From: Oscillatoriales cyanobacterium PMM_0019 | GTDB taxonomy: Bacteria > Cyanobacteriota > Cyanobacteriia > Cyanobacteriales > CASBRB01 | Reading direction: 5' to 3' | Length of the DNA stretch: 49,499 bases | NCBI GenBank assembly: GCA_949127975.1 | Contig: CASBRB010000196.1 | Location: 1-49,499, forward strand | Shown: piece by piece, positions 16,374-26,565 of the stretch | Position numbering within the stretch: the stretch's first letter is position 1 | How the letters are laid out: each line of letters opens with the position of its first letter | Notes under the pieces: generated by a model | Told to the model about the DNA's origin: nothing | The model's input: only the letters and a program-made list of their open reading frames with translations | Databases searched by the model: none | Position numbers and translations under genes: made by a program

Positions 16374-19220
16374 ATGACTAAGCCATATTACTTCCGTTTC
16401 ATTAGGAGATGTTTAGGTTCCTTTGTTATACTGTACCTAACGCAGTTTAGCAAACTCAGTAGATCGAAAAGTTTTCCAGAAACTTTAAGGCGCAGGTATG
16501 TTGGGATTAAGGCCACCATCCGTCAGACTCCCCAAGGCATCAACTTCTTGAGGCATAGGGTTGTAGATCAATTTCTACGAGAGCGAACTGTCGCTCGCTC
16601 TCGTAGACCTCAGTTAAATGGGCTGAAAACTACTTTATCTCGTCAACTTACAAAAGTTTTAGATCTACTGAAAGGCTCTCGTAGATTGTTCGCAGGATTT
16701 ACCCGTCAACATCGCGAAAGACAGAGAATGACACGTATGCAACCAGGATTAAAAACAGTTATCTTGTGCTTAGGACGAGGGGATTTGCAGAAAGGCTGTC
16801 CGGATATCAGCGTTGAGCTTTTGGCGTCTGACAATCATACATTGATGAAAAAAATCTGCTGCTTACCCCCTTCGTTAGAACTGGTTAAACTTTATAGGTG
16901 TTGGGAGCTTTTCTACTGGGATTACTATGAAGGTCGGGGGTTTGATTTCCGTAGTGTAACGAATGAAGACGAAGAATACCCCGATGAGATCCTGAATGAA
17001 GACGATGAAGACCCCGATGAGATCCTTAATGAAGACGATGAAGACCCCGATGAGATTGCAGCAGCGGGGATCACCCATATTTCTGAGTACTCTGGGGCTG
17101 AACTAAGCGAACTAGATGAAAAATTAAAAGAGTGTTTCAATAAATGGCTAAGTTGTGAGGAATTTACTAAAATTGAAAAACAATTACGCGATCGATTGGG
17201 ATTATCTGAAAATATTATAATTGTCGTTGAAACTGAAGACGAGCAAATACGGAAACTTCCTTGGAGGCAGTGGAAGTTTGTTGAAGACCACCCTAAAGCA
17301 GGCGTGACTATCAGTGGTTTAACCCGTGAAGACTTGGATAAGTCGTCCCTACCAGAAGAAAAAAATGCAGTTAATATTTTATGTATTATCGGTAATAATA
17401 AAAATATTGATACAACTGATGATATAAATAGTATCAAAAAGATTCAGGGCGTATCAACAACTTTTTTATACCAGCCTTCATCATCAAAATTAAAAGACCA
17501 ACTTTGGGAAAACAGCTATGATTATTTATTGTTTTCTGGTCATAGTTCCAGCAAGGCAGGCGGAGTGATTAAGATAAACGATCGAGAAAGCTTGACAATC
17601 AAGGATTTAAGGGCAGCCCTGAAAAAAGCAATTGAAAATGGATTAAAGTTAGCAATTTTTAATTCTTGTGATGGATTGAAATTGGCAAGTGACTTAGCTG
17701 ATTTAAATATTCCGGCAGTGATTGTCATGCGAGATCCGGTGCCAGACAAAGTTGCACAAAATTTTTTGAACTATTTTATACAAGATTTTTTTAGTGGTAA
17801 TTCCCTAGATGCTTCTGTAAGGAAAGCAGCAGAAAGATTGCAATTAATGGAAAAAGAATTTCCTTGTGCATCGGGGTTGCCAACGCTCGTTTGGAACCGT
17901 GCCGAAGAGCTTCCGCGCCCAAGAACGCCAATCTGGGGTCGTCTTCGTCTAGTGCTTTGTGCAAGTTTACTTGTAACTAGCTTATTGATGTGGGGACGGC
18001 ATCAGGGCAAGCTACAAACATGGGAATTGCAGGCTTTTGACTACTCAATGCTAATGCAGTTGCAACAAGTTGAAAAGCCCGACAATCGGATCTTGGTTGT
18101 CAGAATAACTAAAGACGACATTAATGATCAGCCCCAAAAGGATCGAGGACTAGCATCGCTATCAGAACTCACACTGGAAACTCTCTTAAAGAAACTAGAG
18201 GAAGAGGATCATAAACCGCGAGTCATTGGTTTGGATATTTATCGCCCATTGCCGGTAAACTCCCGCTATATAAACTTAAAAGCTAATTTCCAAAGGAACG
18301 ATCGCCTGATTGTTGTATGCAAAGGTAACACTCCTCAAGATCCAGGTGCTTCACCCCCCCCTGAGGTTCCGCAAAAGCGCATAGGCTTTAGTGATTTTGT
18401 GCTTGATGAGGACAATATTATCCGTCGCCATCTTTTGTTGATGGAGCCTGTAGCCCCTTGTCAGGCAATGGACATAAATAAGAATGACAATATGGAAGCC
18501 TTCAGTGTCAAGTTAGCACTGAGTTATTTGAAAAAACAGGGTATTACACGCCAAGATGGTAAAAACGACGAATTTCTCAAGATTGGCGACGTTATTTTCA
18601 AAGACCTAGAAATCGGCTTTGGCGGCTACCAGCGTTCAGATTCATATAAAGATATGGACGGTCACCAGGTAATGCTGAATTACCGTCATTACCGTGACTA
18701 TCTCAACGACATTGCCAAATCATTAACTCTAAAAGAAGTTTTGAATAATCAGTTTAATACTGCTGATGTAAGAGATCGGATCGTTCTCATAGGTGGTGAT
18801 GTTGAAACTGATTTGTACTATACACCCTTTAGTAATCAGAAAAAGCCCCCTGAGCCAATACCAGGAGTATTCATTCATGCCCAGATGGTGAGCCATATTC
18901 TCAGTGTAGTTCTAAAGGAGCGCCCCTTAATTTGGGCTTGGTCTTGGTGGGGTGATACTCTATGGGTGTGGAGTTGGTCTTTAATAGGGGGTGTGTTGGT
19001 TTGGCGAGTGCGATCGCTATTACGCCTCGGACTTGCTACAGGAGCTGCACTTGTCATTTTGAATGGAATCTGCTTTGTCTTCTTAACGCAAGGCGGTTGG
19101 ATACCACTTGTTCCTTCAGCAATAGCACTGTTAACTACTGCTGGAAGTATAGTAGTTTACAGTGCCTTTTTTTACAACGATTTTGGTAGACATTTAAACC
19201 TTAAATTATCACTGAGATGA
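16374..19220 (+). CDS. Membrane protein with N-terminal CHAT-like (caspase-fold His/Cys) domain and C-terminal CHASE2 sensor domain
   Basis: LLFSGHSS...LAIFNSCDG His/Cys dyad context. TM segment LVLCASLLVTSLLMWG. CHASE2-like ILVVRITKDD...RVIGLDIY. Three or more C-terminal TM helices. Confidence 0.7.
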   Translation: MTKPYYFRFIRRCLGSFVILYLTQFSKLSRSKSFPETLRRRYVGIKATIRQTPQGINFLRHRVVDQFLRERTVARSRRPQLNGLKTTLSRQLTKVLDLLKGSRRLFAGFTRQHRERQRMTRMQPGLKTVILCLGRGDLQKGCPDISVELLASDNHTLMKKICCLPPSLELVKLYRCWELFYWDYYEGRGFDFRSVTNEDEEYPDEILNEDDEDPDEILNEDDEDPDEIAAAGITHISEYSGAELSELDEKLKECFNKWLSCEEFTKIEKQLRDRLGLSENIIIVVETEDEQIRKLPWRQWKFVEDHPKAGVTISGLTREDLDKSSLPEEKNAVNILCIIGNNKNIDTTDDINSIKKIQGVSTTFLYQPSSSKLKDQLWENSYDYLLFSGHSSSKAGGVIKINDRESLTIKDLRAALKKAIENGLKLAIFNSCDGLKLASDLADLNIPAVIVMRDPVPDKVAQNFLNYFIQDFFSGNSLDASVRKAAERLQLMEKEFPCASGLPTLVWNRAEELPRPRTPIWGRLRLVLCASLLVTSLLMWGRHQGKLQTWELQAFDYSMLMQLQQVEKPDNRILVVRITKDDINDQPQKDRGLASLSELTLETLLKKLEEEDHKPRVIGLDIYRPLPVNSRYINLKANFQRNDRLIVVCKGNTPQDPGASPPPEVPQKRIGFSDFVLDEDNIIRRHLLLMEPVAPCQAMDINKNDNMEAFSVKLALSYLKKQGITRQDGKNDEFLKIGDVIFKDLEIGFGGYQRSDSYKDMDGHQVMLNYRHYRDYLNDIAKSLTLKEVLNNQFNTADVRDRIVLIGGDVETDLYYTPFSNQKKPPEPIPGVFIHAQMVSHILSVVLKERPLIWAWSWWGDTLWVWSWSLIGGVLVWRVRSLLRLGLATGAALVILNGICFVFLTQGGWIPLVPSAIALLTTAGSIVVYSAFFYNDFGRHLNLKLSLR
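16962..17060 (+). repeat. In-frame 33-nt x3 tandem repeat encoding acidic NEDxEx PDEIL units
   Basis: Units at 16962, 16995 and 17028, read directly. Confidence 0.9.
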
Positions 19221-20047
19221 AGTTACATTTCCAGAACTTAAAACTTACCGTTGCTGTCACCTTGGCATTCGTTAGTTTGGTAAACACTGTGCCAGCGGTT
19301 CAGAGCGAGACAGATCCTGTGCCTCCTCCAGATGTTCTGCTTTCACCTACTCAAAAGAGCGATCGCTTAATCTTCACACAGCTAGAAGCTTCCAGACGCG
19401 GAGCACCTGGTCGTCGCAGAGGGGGAGGAACCTTTGGTGGTGGTAATCAGTGCAAAGGTGTGACAATACCTCTCACTGCCTTAGTACCTGGTGAGGAGAA
19501 AGTCGGCAGTTTAGACCTAAAAGCCGAAAGCGTTCGGGGATTAACCGCAGAGGGATATCCAACTTTTTGGTTTTTTGTTCCCTATGGGGAAGCGTCTAAA
19601 CTAGACGCTGAGTTAGTCTTGGTAAATGACCAGAATAAACCAGTTTACCAAGAACTTGTTCCGCTAACTGGAACCCCTGGTATAGTGAAAATTTCATCAA
19701 AACGGATGTCAGCACCGTTAGAAGTTGGCAAGGATTATCGGTGGTCATTTTCAGTTATTTGTAACCCGCAAGAGTCATCTGCAAATTTTTATGTGCAAGG
19801 GCGGGTAAAAAGGATCGAGCCAAGTCCCAATCTTACAAGGGAGTTAAAGACAGCAACACCAGAGCAAAAAGTTTTTCTTTATGCCCAAGAAGGCTTGTGG
19901 TATGAAACTGTAACCACTATCAGAGAAGAACTTAGTTCGACTAATCCCCAAAAAGCCACATTACTAATGACTAACCTTTTGCAGTCAGTAGGTTTGGATG
20001 ACATCGCTCAACAGCCATTTGTTCCATGTTGCACGCACAAAAAATAA
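19217..20047 (+). CDS. DUF928 domain-containing secreted protein
   Basis: Signal peptide. RRGAPGRRRGGGT and YPTFWFFVPY signatures. The ATGA start overlaps the stop of the CHASE2 gene. Confidence 0.75.
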   Translation: MKLHFQNLKLTVAVTLAFVSLVNTVPAVQSETDPVPPPDVLLSPTQKSDRLIFTQLEASRRGAPGRRRGGGTFGGGNQCKGVTIPLTALVPGEEKVGSLDLKAESVRGLTAEGYPTFWFFVPYGEASKLDAELVLVNDQNKPVYQELVPLTGTPGIVKISSKRMSAPLEVGKDYRWSFSVICNPQESSANFYVQGRVKRIEPSPNLTRELKTATPEQKVFLYAQEGLWYETVTTIREELSSTNPQKATLLMTNLLQSVGLDDIAQQPFVPCCTHKK

Positions 20048-20069
20048 CTGACCGATGACAATCGAATCA

Positions 20070-22961
20070 CTATAGCCAATCTACCACAAGCACAAATGAT
20101 GCCCAATGACGCGGAGCTTCGTAGGATGAATCAGGATCTTCTAGGAGAGCTTTTTGGGCAAGGTGAAGCGCTTCTGCTGGGCTTTTTTGGTTTTTGACTA
20201 ACTCGGTATAGAACTTCTCTATAAGAATGGTGGTAGAGTCTTGATCTGCAAACCAGAGAGGTGCGATCGTACTGTGTGCCCCAGATTTAACGGCTACTCC
20301 AGCAATTCCCAAAGCTGTTCGATTGTTTCCTTTAGCCGTCTCACAAGCACTCAAGACAAGTAACTGAATAGCATCACCTTTATTTTGGTTCCTATTTTCC
20401 AGGTAACCTCTCAACTCATTTATATTTATTTTACCATCTCCAGAAAGTATATATGTAGTCTGGTAACTTGAACCGAATTGACCATGAGCTGCCAGGTGGA
20501 TTATATTATACAACGATGAGCTAAGCTTGTCTTTAAAAACATTTTTACTGAAGTCTGGATCGAGTAGCACATCAGAATCATTTCTAATTTTCTTAATTAT
20601 ATTTGCTTGTTCCTGCACTAATGGATTGGCACCAAATTCAGGAGGATGTTCTTTAGTTACTCCTGCAAATAGAATTTTAAACCGCTTTAAATTATATTTT
20701 TGAGCTTCTAGAATTTGAACAGTAGGAATCAAAGCTACTGTAAAATTTTTCTGTACCAGATACTCCTTACCATCGTAAAGAGCCGCCATTGGAATATCTC
20801 GTAAATAACCATCTAGTACAAACACTAAAGACTTAATTTTATTTTTATATAACTGGTCTATAAAAGGCAAAATTAACCAGTTATACACTTCTTCTGATAA
20901 GTTCTCACCTTCTTTATCAAATATTGGTTTTCCTAAGAGATAATGCAGTTTTTTCAGCTTCTTTATCACTGCTTTCTCATTAAGATTAGGCGTGACGTGG
21001 TAAAGTAGATTATCTTGCCCAGGCAGCTTGACTATTACCGATACTTGCGTTTTCAAAATAATCGGAAAAATCAAGGCTACTGTCTGATTCTCTCTCAAAA
21101 CTTGATTTATTTGCTTAATCAATATCTCTGTAGGGTCGTCTTGAGCGATAACTCGATTAATCTGTACGGTTCTGACATCCGCTAGGTTGCACTGTAGAAA
21201 ATTTTCTAACTCGGCTAATTGCAGAGATTCAATATAGTAAAGTGATTCTTCTAGTTGTTTTTGATTGGGATGGGTTTCTTCAGGTGGCAATAATAAAGCG
21301 ACTAAGTCTCGATAAACTGGTTCTACATTATCCCGTAAGGAAAACTGCGCTTCTGTGTTCACCCCTGCCAAGTTATTGCGCAGTGACTTGAGAGTTTTCA
21401 CCGCGTCCCGATAGGCAGAAATAGCCTCTGGGATATGGTTCTGTTCTTTGTATATGCGCCCCATCTGCCATTGCCACCGATAGTAGAGATCCGGTGCTAT
21501 GATATTTTGTTGTGATAGGTCCAGGGCTTGCTGAGTAAAAGTTTCAGCTTTATCCCACTGCTTAGTTACTTCATACAGGTTTCCAAGAGTACCAAGAGTG
21601 TAAGATTCTGCGCGTCGATCTCCTTTTCCTAGTTGTCGAGCTTGCTGTGCTGTTTGCCGTAATAAATTGGTAATTTCTGGTTCTGAAGGTGCGCCCGTTA
21701 TCTGAAGCTGTACAAGGCGTATCAAACTCTGAGCCAGGTTAATTTGATTGTAAATTCTGGTACTGCTTGGGGATACATCTGGGATTGGAGTAAGCAGTTG
21801 AGACAGGTTAAATTTAGCAAGCCACTCATTAATTTTGGACTGCCAATTCGGAAAAGCTGGAGATTCTATATATTGCAACCATTGTGCTGTTTCTAGCAAT
21901 AAGCCAATTTGATTGAGTTTAGATTGAATCTTGGTATTGTGAGCAATGAATTGACTGTCTACAGCTTGTTGATAGAGTTTTATCGCTTTGTCAGCACTTT
22001 CTTGAGCTTGCTGTTCATCATCCAACGCTCTGGCGCGACTTGATCTTGCTCGTTCGACGTTACCCAAACTAAGAAGGATATCACCACTAATGCTTTGAGA
22101 AGATTTTAGACTGTTAGCTAATTTTTGACTTGAGTCGAAAAATGATTTAGCATCATCATAGTCTCCTAAGGCTAGATAAACATTACCAAAGTTGTACAAA
22201 CCGCCGAACTTAATCAATAAATCTAGCGGCTGTTGGAGAATGTATTTAATGTGTTTTGAAGCATCGTAGTCTAGCTTGTCAATTTTAAAAGCTTGCTCGT
22301 CAATTTTAAAAGCTTTCAGTAATGTTTTGCGAGCGTCCAGGTAATATCCTAGATATTGCAGCGCTTGAGATTGGTTGATTTGGTTGCGGATACTTCCAGC
22401 CGTGTCTGTTACTTTGATGTAGATTGCATCCGCCTGTCGCCAGGTTTCCAATGCTTCTTTAGCTTTTCCTAATGCTAATTCCAGCTTGCCGCGTGTATTT
22501 AAGGCTTGAGCCAAAACTGGCAATTGCTCTGGAGAATTACTTGTATCTAGTACTGTTGGTAACAGTTGCAAGCTGTCGTTAATAGCTTGTTCTGCCTCAG
22601 TCCATCTGCTCTGTTGCTGATAAGTCAGTGAGAGATTACTCAAAGCCATAGCCTGACACAGCTTATTTTTTTGGGATTGATAATTATCTCTGGCTGATTC
22701 CCATGCTGTCTGTGCTTTGTCGAACTGTCCTGTTTCGTAAAATTCTCTACCTGGCTGTACGAGTGGGCAGGAATTGACAGGTGTAGGAGGAACTTGGGAC
22801 ATGGCGGGGGATATCCCTATGCCCGTAAACAAATTGTATGCCAACTGCCCCAACAATGCCAAAACAAAGAGTAGCAGTAAGTGCCAGCGCGATCGCATAA
22901 GACTATGTATTAATGCAAGCAGTTTTCTAGAAATGTTCATCAGATCAATTACCAAAGTCAC
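20070..22961 (-). CDS. TPR-repeat protein with C-terminal CHAT (caspase-like) domain
   Basis: N-terminal TM/signal segment, many TPR-like repeats, IIHLAAHGQF and LLVLSACETAKG His/Cys motifs. Starts 6 nt after the stop of the TPS exoprotein gene. Confidence 0.85.
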   Translation of the reverse strand: MTLVIDLMNISRKLLALIHSLMRSRWHLLLLFVLALLGQLAYNLFTGIGISPAMSQVPPTPVNSCPLVQPGREFYETGQFDKAQTAWESARDNYQSQKNKLCQAMALSNLSLTYQQQSRWTEAEQAINDSLQLLPTVLDTSNSPEQLPVLAQALNTRGKLELALGKAKEALETWRQADAIYIKVTDTAGSIRNQINQSQALQYLGYYLDARKTLLKAFKIDEQAFKIDKLDYDASKHIKYILQQPLDLLIKFGGLYNFGNVYLALGDYDDAKSFFDSSQKLANSLKSSQSISGDILLSLGNVERARSSRARALDDEQQAQESADKAIKLYQQAVDSQFIAHNTKIQSKLNQIGLLLETAQWLQYIESPAFPNWQSKINEWLAKFNLSQLLTPIPDVSPSSTRIYNQINLAQSLIRLVQLQITGAPSEPEITNLLRQTAQQARQLGKGDRRAESYTLGTLGNLYEVTKQWDKAETFTQQALDLSQQNIIAPDLYYRWQWQMGRIYKEQNHIPEAISAYRDAVKTLKSLRNNLAGVNTEAQFSLRDNVEPVYRDLVALLLPPEETHPNQKQLEESLYYIESLQLAELENFLQCNLADVRTVQINRVIAQDDPTEILIKQINQVLRENQTVALIFPIILKTQVSVIVKLPGQDNLLYHVTPNLNEKAVIKKLKKLHYLLGKPIFDKEGENLSEEVYNWLILPFIDQLYKNKIKSLVFVLDGYLRDIPMAALYDGKEYLVQKNFTVALIPTVQILEAQKYNLKRFKILFAGVTKEHPPEFGANPLVQEQANIIKKIRNDSDVLLDPDFSKNVFKDKLSSSLYNIIHLAAHGQFGSSYQTTYILSGDGKININELRGYLENRNQNKGDAIQLLVLSACETAKGNNRTALGIAGVAVKSGAHSTIAPLWFADQDSTTILIEKFYTELVKNQKSPAEALHLAQKALLEDPDSSYEAPRHWASFVLVVDWL

Positions 22962-22967
22962 TATTTA

Positions 22968-25900
22968 TCATGGCGCTTGGCAGCCAGTTGGTGTCTGAGC
23001 TACAAGCAATAACCGATTATCGGCGGTTTTCACCAGCGCCTGGGCTTCCACAATTGGCATTGATACAGAACTGGTGGCAGTTCTTGCACGCGGGACAGAA
23101 GCGCCCAAATCGTCCAGAGTCGTATTATTATTGAGGACTTCATTAGGCTGAGGTGGCAATCCGCCAGTTCCGCTGACAGTAAAGCTGTTGGTTGCTACTG
23201 TCCCACTGGATTGACAGACGGGGAAGTTGGCGACAGGTTGCCCTAACTCCAATCGCAAAGGGGCTACTGAGCGACTAGGATCGTCTAGCCTCTTGATTGT
23301 CACCTGGCCATTGATCCCCAGTTGGGAACTGGCATCAATGTTACTATCTGGTGAACCAAAGATTCCTGCAACTGTTATTGCAATATTACCTCCTTGTCCG
23401 CGAATAGCATTAGCTCGGATGTCACTATTTTCCAAAGCTATAATAGTGTCACTGTTGAAATTAATATTCCCACCGTTAGCAGTGCCTAAAGCATTGGTGG
23501 TGATATTACTTTGGTGACGCAGTTGTGCGTCTTTTGCCTGTATTGTAATATTGCCGCGATCGCCTGCTGTGGTGTTAGCCTTAAAACTGCTGTTGTCCAT
23601 ATAGAGCGAGTTAGTCTCAATTCCCATATTGCCTGCTCCCCCTAAACCATCAGCGCTCACAGAGGATTGGGCTCCATCCAGGATTTGCAACTGCCCCGTT
23701 TGAACTGTTAAGTTTCCGCCTGCACCTGTTGAGTTAGCTTCGGTGTTGGCAAACAAGCCACTGGCTGATCCTTGGTTGCCACTGATATCTGGAACGAGTT
23801 TTCCGGTGTTATCTATAACATTCTGGATAGGTCGGTTAGCAAAATTGCGATCGCTCCCAGAGAGGATAATGCTACCATCGACATGCAGGTTAATATTCCC
23901 TGCCTTACCACTGCCAGCAGTTGTAGTTACGATTTGTCCGCCATTAATCGCTTCAACCCGATGGGCGTTAATATTAATATTTCCCCCAGGACTGGAATTA
24001 AGAGTTAAAGAACTGATAATTGCTCCATCTAGCACCCGCAACCTATCAGTATTAACTGTGATTTCTCCCGCCTGACTATGTGCAGCCTGTTCGGTAGGTG
24101 TAAATAATCCACTAGATTGCCCGTTAGAGCCAACTCCAGCTAGAGTAACCTCGCGAGCATTAATCTGAATATTTCCTCCTTTTCCTTGATTGCGAGTGCT
24201 AGCGATCGCTATAGCTCCATTAGTGATAGAAATTGTCCCCGCTACGAGCGAAATGTTTCCTCCTCGACCAACTCCAAAATCTTTAACACTACTGTATATA
24301 CCACTGTTTCTAGGAAAGCCAAGGTTGGGATCGAATAAACCCAGTCCATCTAAGACAATGCGATCGCTTACATTAATATCAATAATCCCCGCATCGCCCA
24401 TCCCATTTGTACTGCTGGTGAGGTAAGCACCATGAGTGACAAAGAGCGACCCCGCCACGATCTTAATTATCCCGCCATTACCTACAGCTTGAATTCCTAC
24501 TTGATTGAAGGCACCACTAGATGCGATATCCAAACCCTGTCCATCAAAGGTTACAGTATCGCGAACATTAATATTTATAATCCCCGCATTACCTTGTCCC
24601 AATGTACTAGCGGTGATCGCAGCACCGTTGGTAACAAAAAGCGAGCCTGCCGCAATACTAATATTACCCCCATCACCGACAGCATTTTGATTTTCTACGC
24701 GATTGTAGATCCCAGTGGAAAATAAATCAGGTCCCTCACCATCAAGAATGGCAAGATCTCGGACATTTATATTTATACTACCTGCCTGACCATGTCCAAA
24801 GGTACTAACTTGCAGCGTTGCACCATTAGTAAAAGATAGCGAGCCCGCCGTAATATTAACATTACCCCCTTGACCCACACCTGTAGATGCTACATTGCTG
24901 AATGCACCACTGGAGTTGCCATTCCTGCCCTCTCCATCAAAGGAAACGCGATCTCTAACATTAATATTTACAATACCCGCGTTGCCTCGTCCATAGGTAC
25001 TAGCAGTAAAAATTGCACCATTAGTCATAAAAAGCGATCCAGCTGTGAGATTAATATTACCCCCATTACCTACAGCATCTTTGGTTTCTACCCGACTGTA
25101 TATACCACTAGAAGAAAATGGGCCTTTGGGATCGGCCCCATCAAAAGAAGCGATATTTTTAACATTAATCAATACATTGCCCGCATCACCCACTCCAAAA
25201 GTGCTGGCAATCAAATCAGATGCATCAGTAACTTTGAGCGATTCGGCTTCGATAATAATGTCGCCACCCTTGCCCGTAGCTCTAGATTGCACCACATTAG
25301 CAAGAAAACTCCCACCAGACAGGTTAATTTTCCCTGTCGTGTTAAGTTCAATATTTCCTGCCTTACTGCCAACCGAACCCAACCCCAAACCTATCCCTGC
25401 TCGCAGATTACTTCCTCCTGACATATCTAAATTCCGGGCATTGACAACAATGCTGCCACCACCTCCAGCACGGACATTCACTTCAGCACCATTGCTCAGG
25501 GATACGTCTGCTCGTTGTACTCCCTCCGGGAAACTTAAACGCAGGTTACTGCCATCTACGATTAGAGGTATGGTTCCAGAACCTGCTAGTCCTCCCAACT
25601 CGACTCGACCCCCTGGTGCTAATAACTGCCCACCATCAATCTGCACATTGCCACCCACCAATAACAAACTTTGACCAGATGGAACTTCTAAATTTGCGTG
25701 ATTGGTGATCGAGTTCGCTGCCAGTTGATTTAAGAAAAGGGCATTCGGGTTTACCGTCAATAGTGTTGGGTTATTCGGAGTTGTTGCACTAAATTTGCCT
25801 ACATTGCCAAACCCTAGAGCATTGGCTGTTGTAGCCACAAAAGAACCACGGATATCTAAGCCTGCATTCGGACCAAAAATAATTCCATTGGGATTGAGCA

Positions 25901-26267
25901 GGAATAAGTTAGCTGTGCCGTTGGCTCGCAGAATGCCATTAATAGTAGACATCGACCCACCTGTCACCCGCGTGAAGATGTTACTAACATCCACAGCATT
26001 GTTGAAAAGAGCCGTACCACCTGTGGGTACAGAAAACTGAGTAAAGCTGTGAAAAAGGTTGCCCCCGGCTCTGGTGCCACCGTTAATCAGACTGGTAGAA
26101 CCCTGCGATGTGACAAGAGAATTGACAGGCAGAGTTTTATCAGGTATAATCGACGGAGGTATGATTTGCGCTCCTGTGCGAGTTCCGGGGAATGCTCTAG
26201 CTCCACCCATCGCAAAAAAACTCATGAGTCCTAACTTCCAGCCCCAACGCCCCCAATTTTTAGCCAT
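22968..26267 (-). CDS. Two-partner-secretion (filamentous hemagglutinin N-terminal, TPS) domain exoprotein with beta-helix repeats
   Basis: Signal peptide. GGNLFHSFTQFSV and LFLLNPNGIIFG TPS motifs. Long Gly/Asn/Ile-rich repeat region. Confidence 0.9.
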   Translation of the reverse strand: MAKNWGRWGWKLGLMSFFAMGGARAFPGTRTGAQIIPPSIIPDKTLPVNSLVTSQGSTSLINGGTRAGGNLFHSFTQFSVPTGGTALFNNAVDVSNIFTRVTGGSMSTINGILRANGTANLFLLNPNGIIFGPNAGLDIRGSFVATTANALGFGNVGKFSATTPNNPTLLTVNPNALFLNQLAANSITNHANLEVPSGQSLLLVGGNVQIDGGQLLAPGGRVELGGLAGSGTIPLIVDGSNLRLSFPEGVQRADVSLSNGAEVNVRAGGGGSIVVNARNLDMSGGSNLRAGIGLGLGSVGSKAGNIELNTTGKINLSGGSFLANVVQSRATGKGGDIIIEAESLKVTDASDLIASTFGVGDAGNVLINVKNIASFDGADPKGPFSSSGIYSRVETKDAVGNGGNINLTAGSLFMTNGAIFTASTYGRGNAGIVNINVRDRVSFDGEGRNGNSSGAFSNVASTGVGQGGNVNITAGSLSFTNGATLQVSTFGHGQAGSININVRDLAILDGEGPDLFSTGIYNRVENQNAVGDGGNISIAAGSLFVTNGAAITASTLGQGNAGIININVRDTVTFDGQGLDIASSGAFNQVGIQAVGNGGIIKIVAGSLFVTHGAYLTSSTNGMGDAGIIDINVSDRIVLDGLGLFDPNLGFPRNSGIYSSVKDFGVGRGGNISLVAGTISITNGAIAIASTRNQGKGGNIQINAREVTLAGVGSNGQSSGLFTPTEQAAHSQAGEITVNTDRLRVLDGAIISSLTLNSSPGGNININAHRVEAINGGQIVTTTAGSGKAGNINLHVDGSIILSGSDRNFANRPIQNVIDNTGKLVPDISGNQGSASGLFANTEANSTGAGGNLTVQTGQLQILDGAQSSVSADGLGGAGNMGIETNSLYMDNSSFKANTTAGDRGNITIQAKDAQLRHQSNITTNALGTANGGNINFNSDTIIALENSDIRANAIRGQGGNIAITVAGIFGSPDSNIDASSQLGINGQVTIKRLDDPSRSVAPLRLELGQPVANFPVCQSSGTVATNSFTVSGTGGLPPQPNEVLNNNTTLDDLGASVPRARTATSSVSMPIVEAQALVKTADNRLLLVAQTPTGCQAP
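24270..25250 (-). repeat. About five internal ~200-nt (about 67-aa) repeats in the TPS exoprotein
   Basis: Recurrent GNAGI.NINVRD...FDG.G...GGN.NI.AGSL..TNGA units. Boundaries are approximate. Confidence 0.6.
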
Positions 26268-26565
26268 TTCAGTAATTGCACCCTTAGAAAATTGCTAAAT
26301 TTTTTAACCCGAGTGGATAATTTAAGCCCTTGCAGCACGCTTGACGCTTGTAGGCTCAAGTGTCCTCAAGAGGATCGCTGGTAGTAATCTATTTGCTGCC
26401 ACAACAATTAATCATTAATATAATATCTCTTTAGGGGGACAAAAAAAAAATAAATCCAATTTATATAAAACTTTACAATAAATTGGTGTATTAAGTGTTT
26501 TTGGATATAAAACTGGGCGCATAAGCTGTGAGAGTCACTTCGCCTTTACCACAACTAGATGTGTA

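Noticed and set aside
16875-17437. Minus-strand ORFs within the CHAT-CHASE2 gene
   Set aside because: They are antisense artefacts. The Ser-rich repeats mirror the acidic repeat on the coding strand.
23227-26298. Many long plus-strand ORFs (for example 24870-25421 and 25045-25674) inside the TPS exoprotein gene
   Set aside because: They are antisense to a 1099-aa ORF with clear TPS motifs. Their products are Pro/Ser/Leu-rich low-complexity strings typical of the reverse strand of Gly/Asn-rich repeats.
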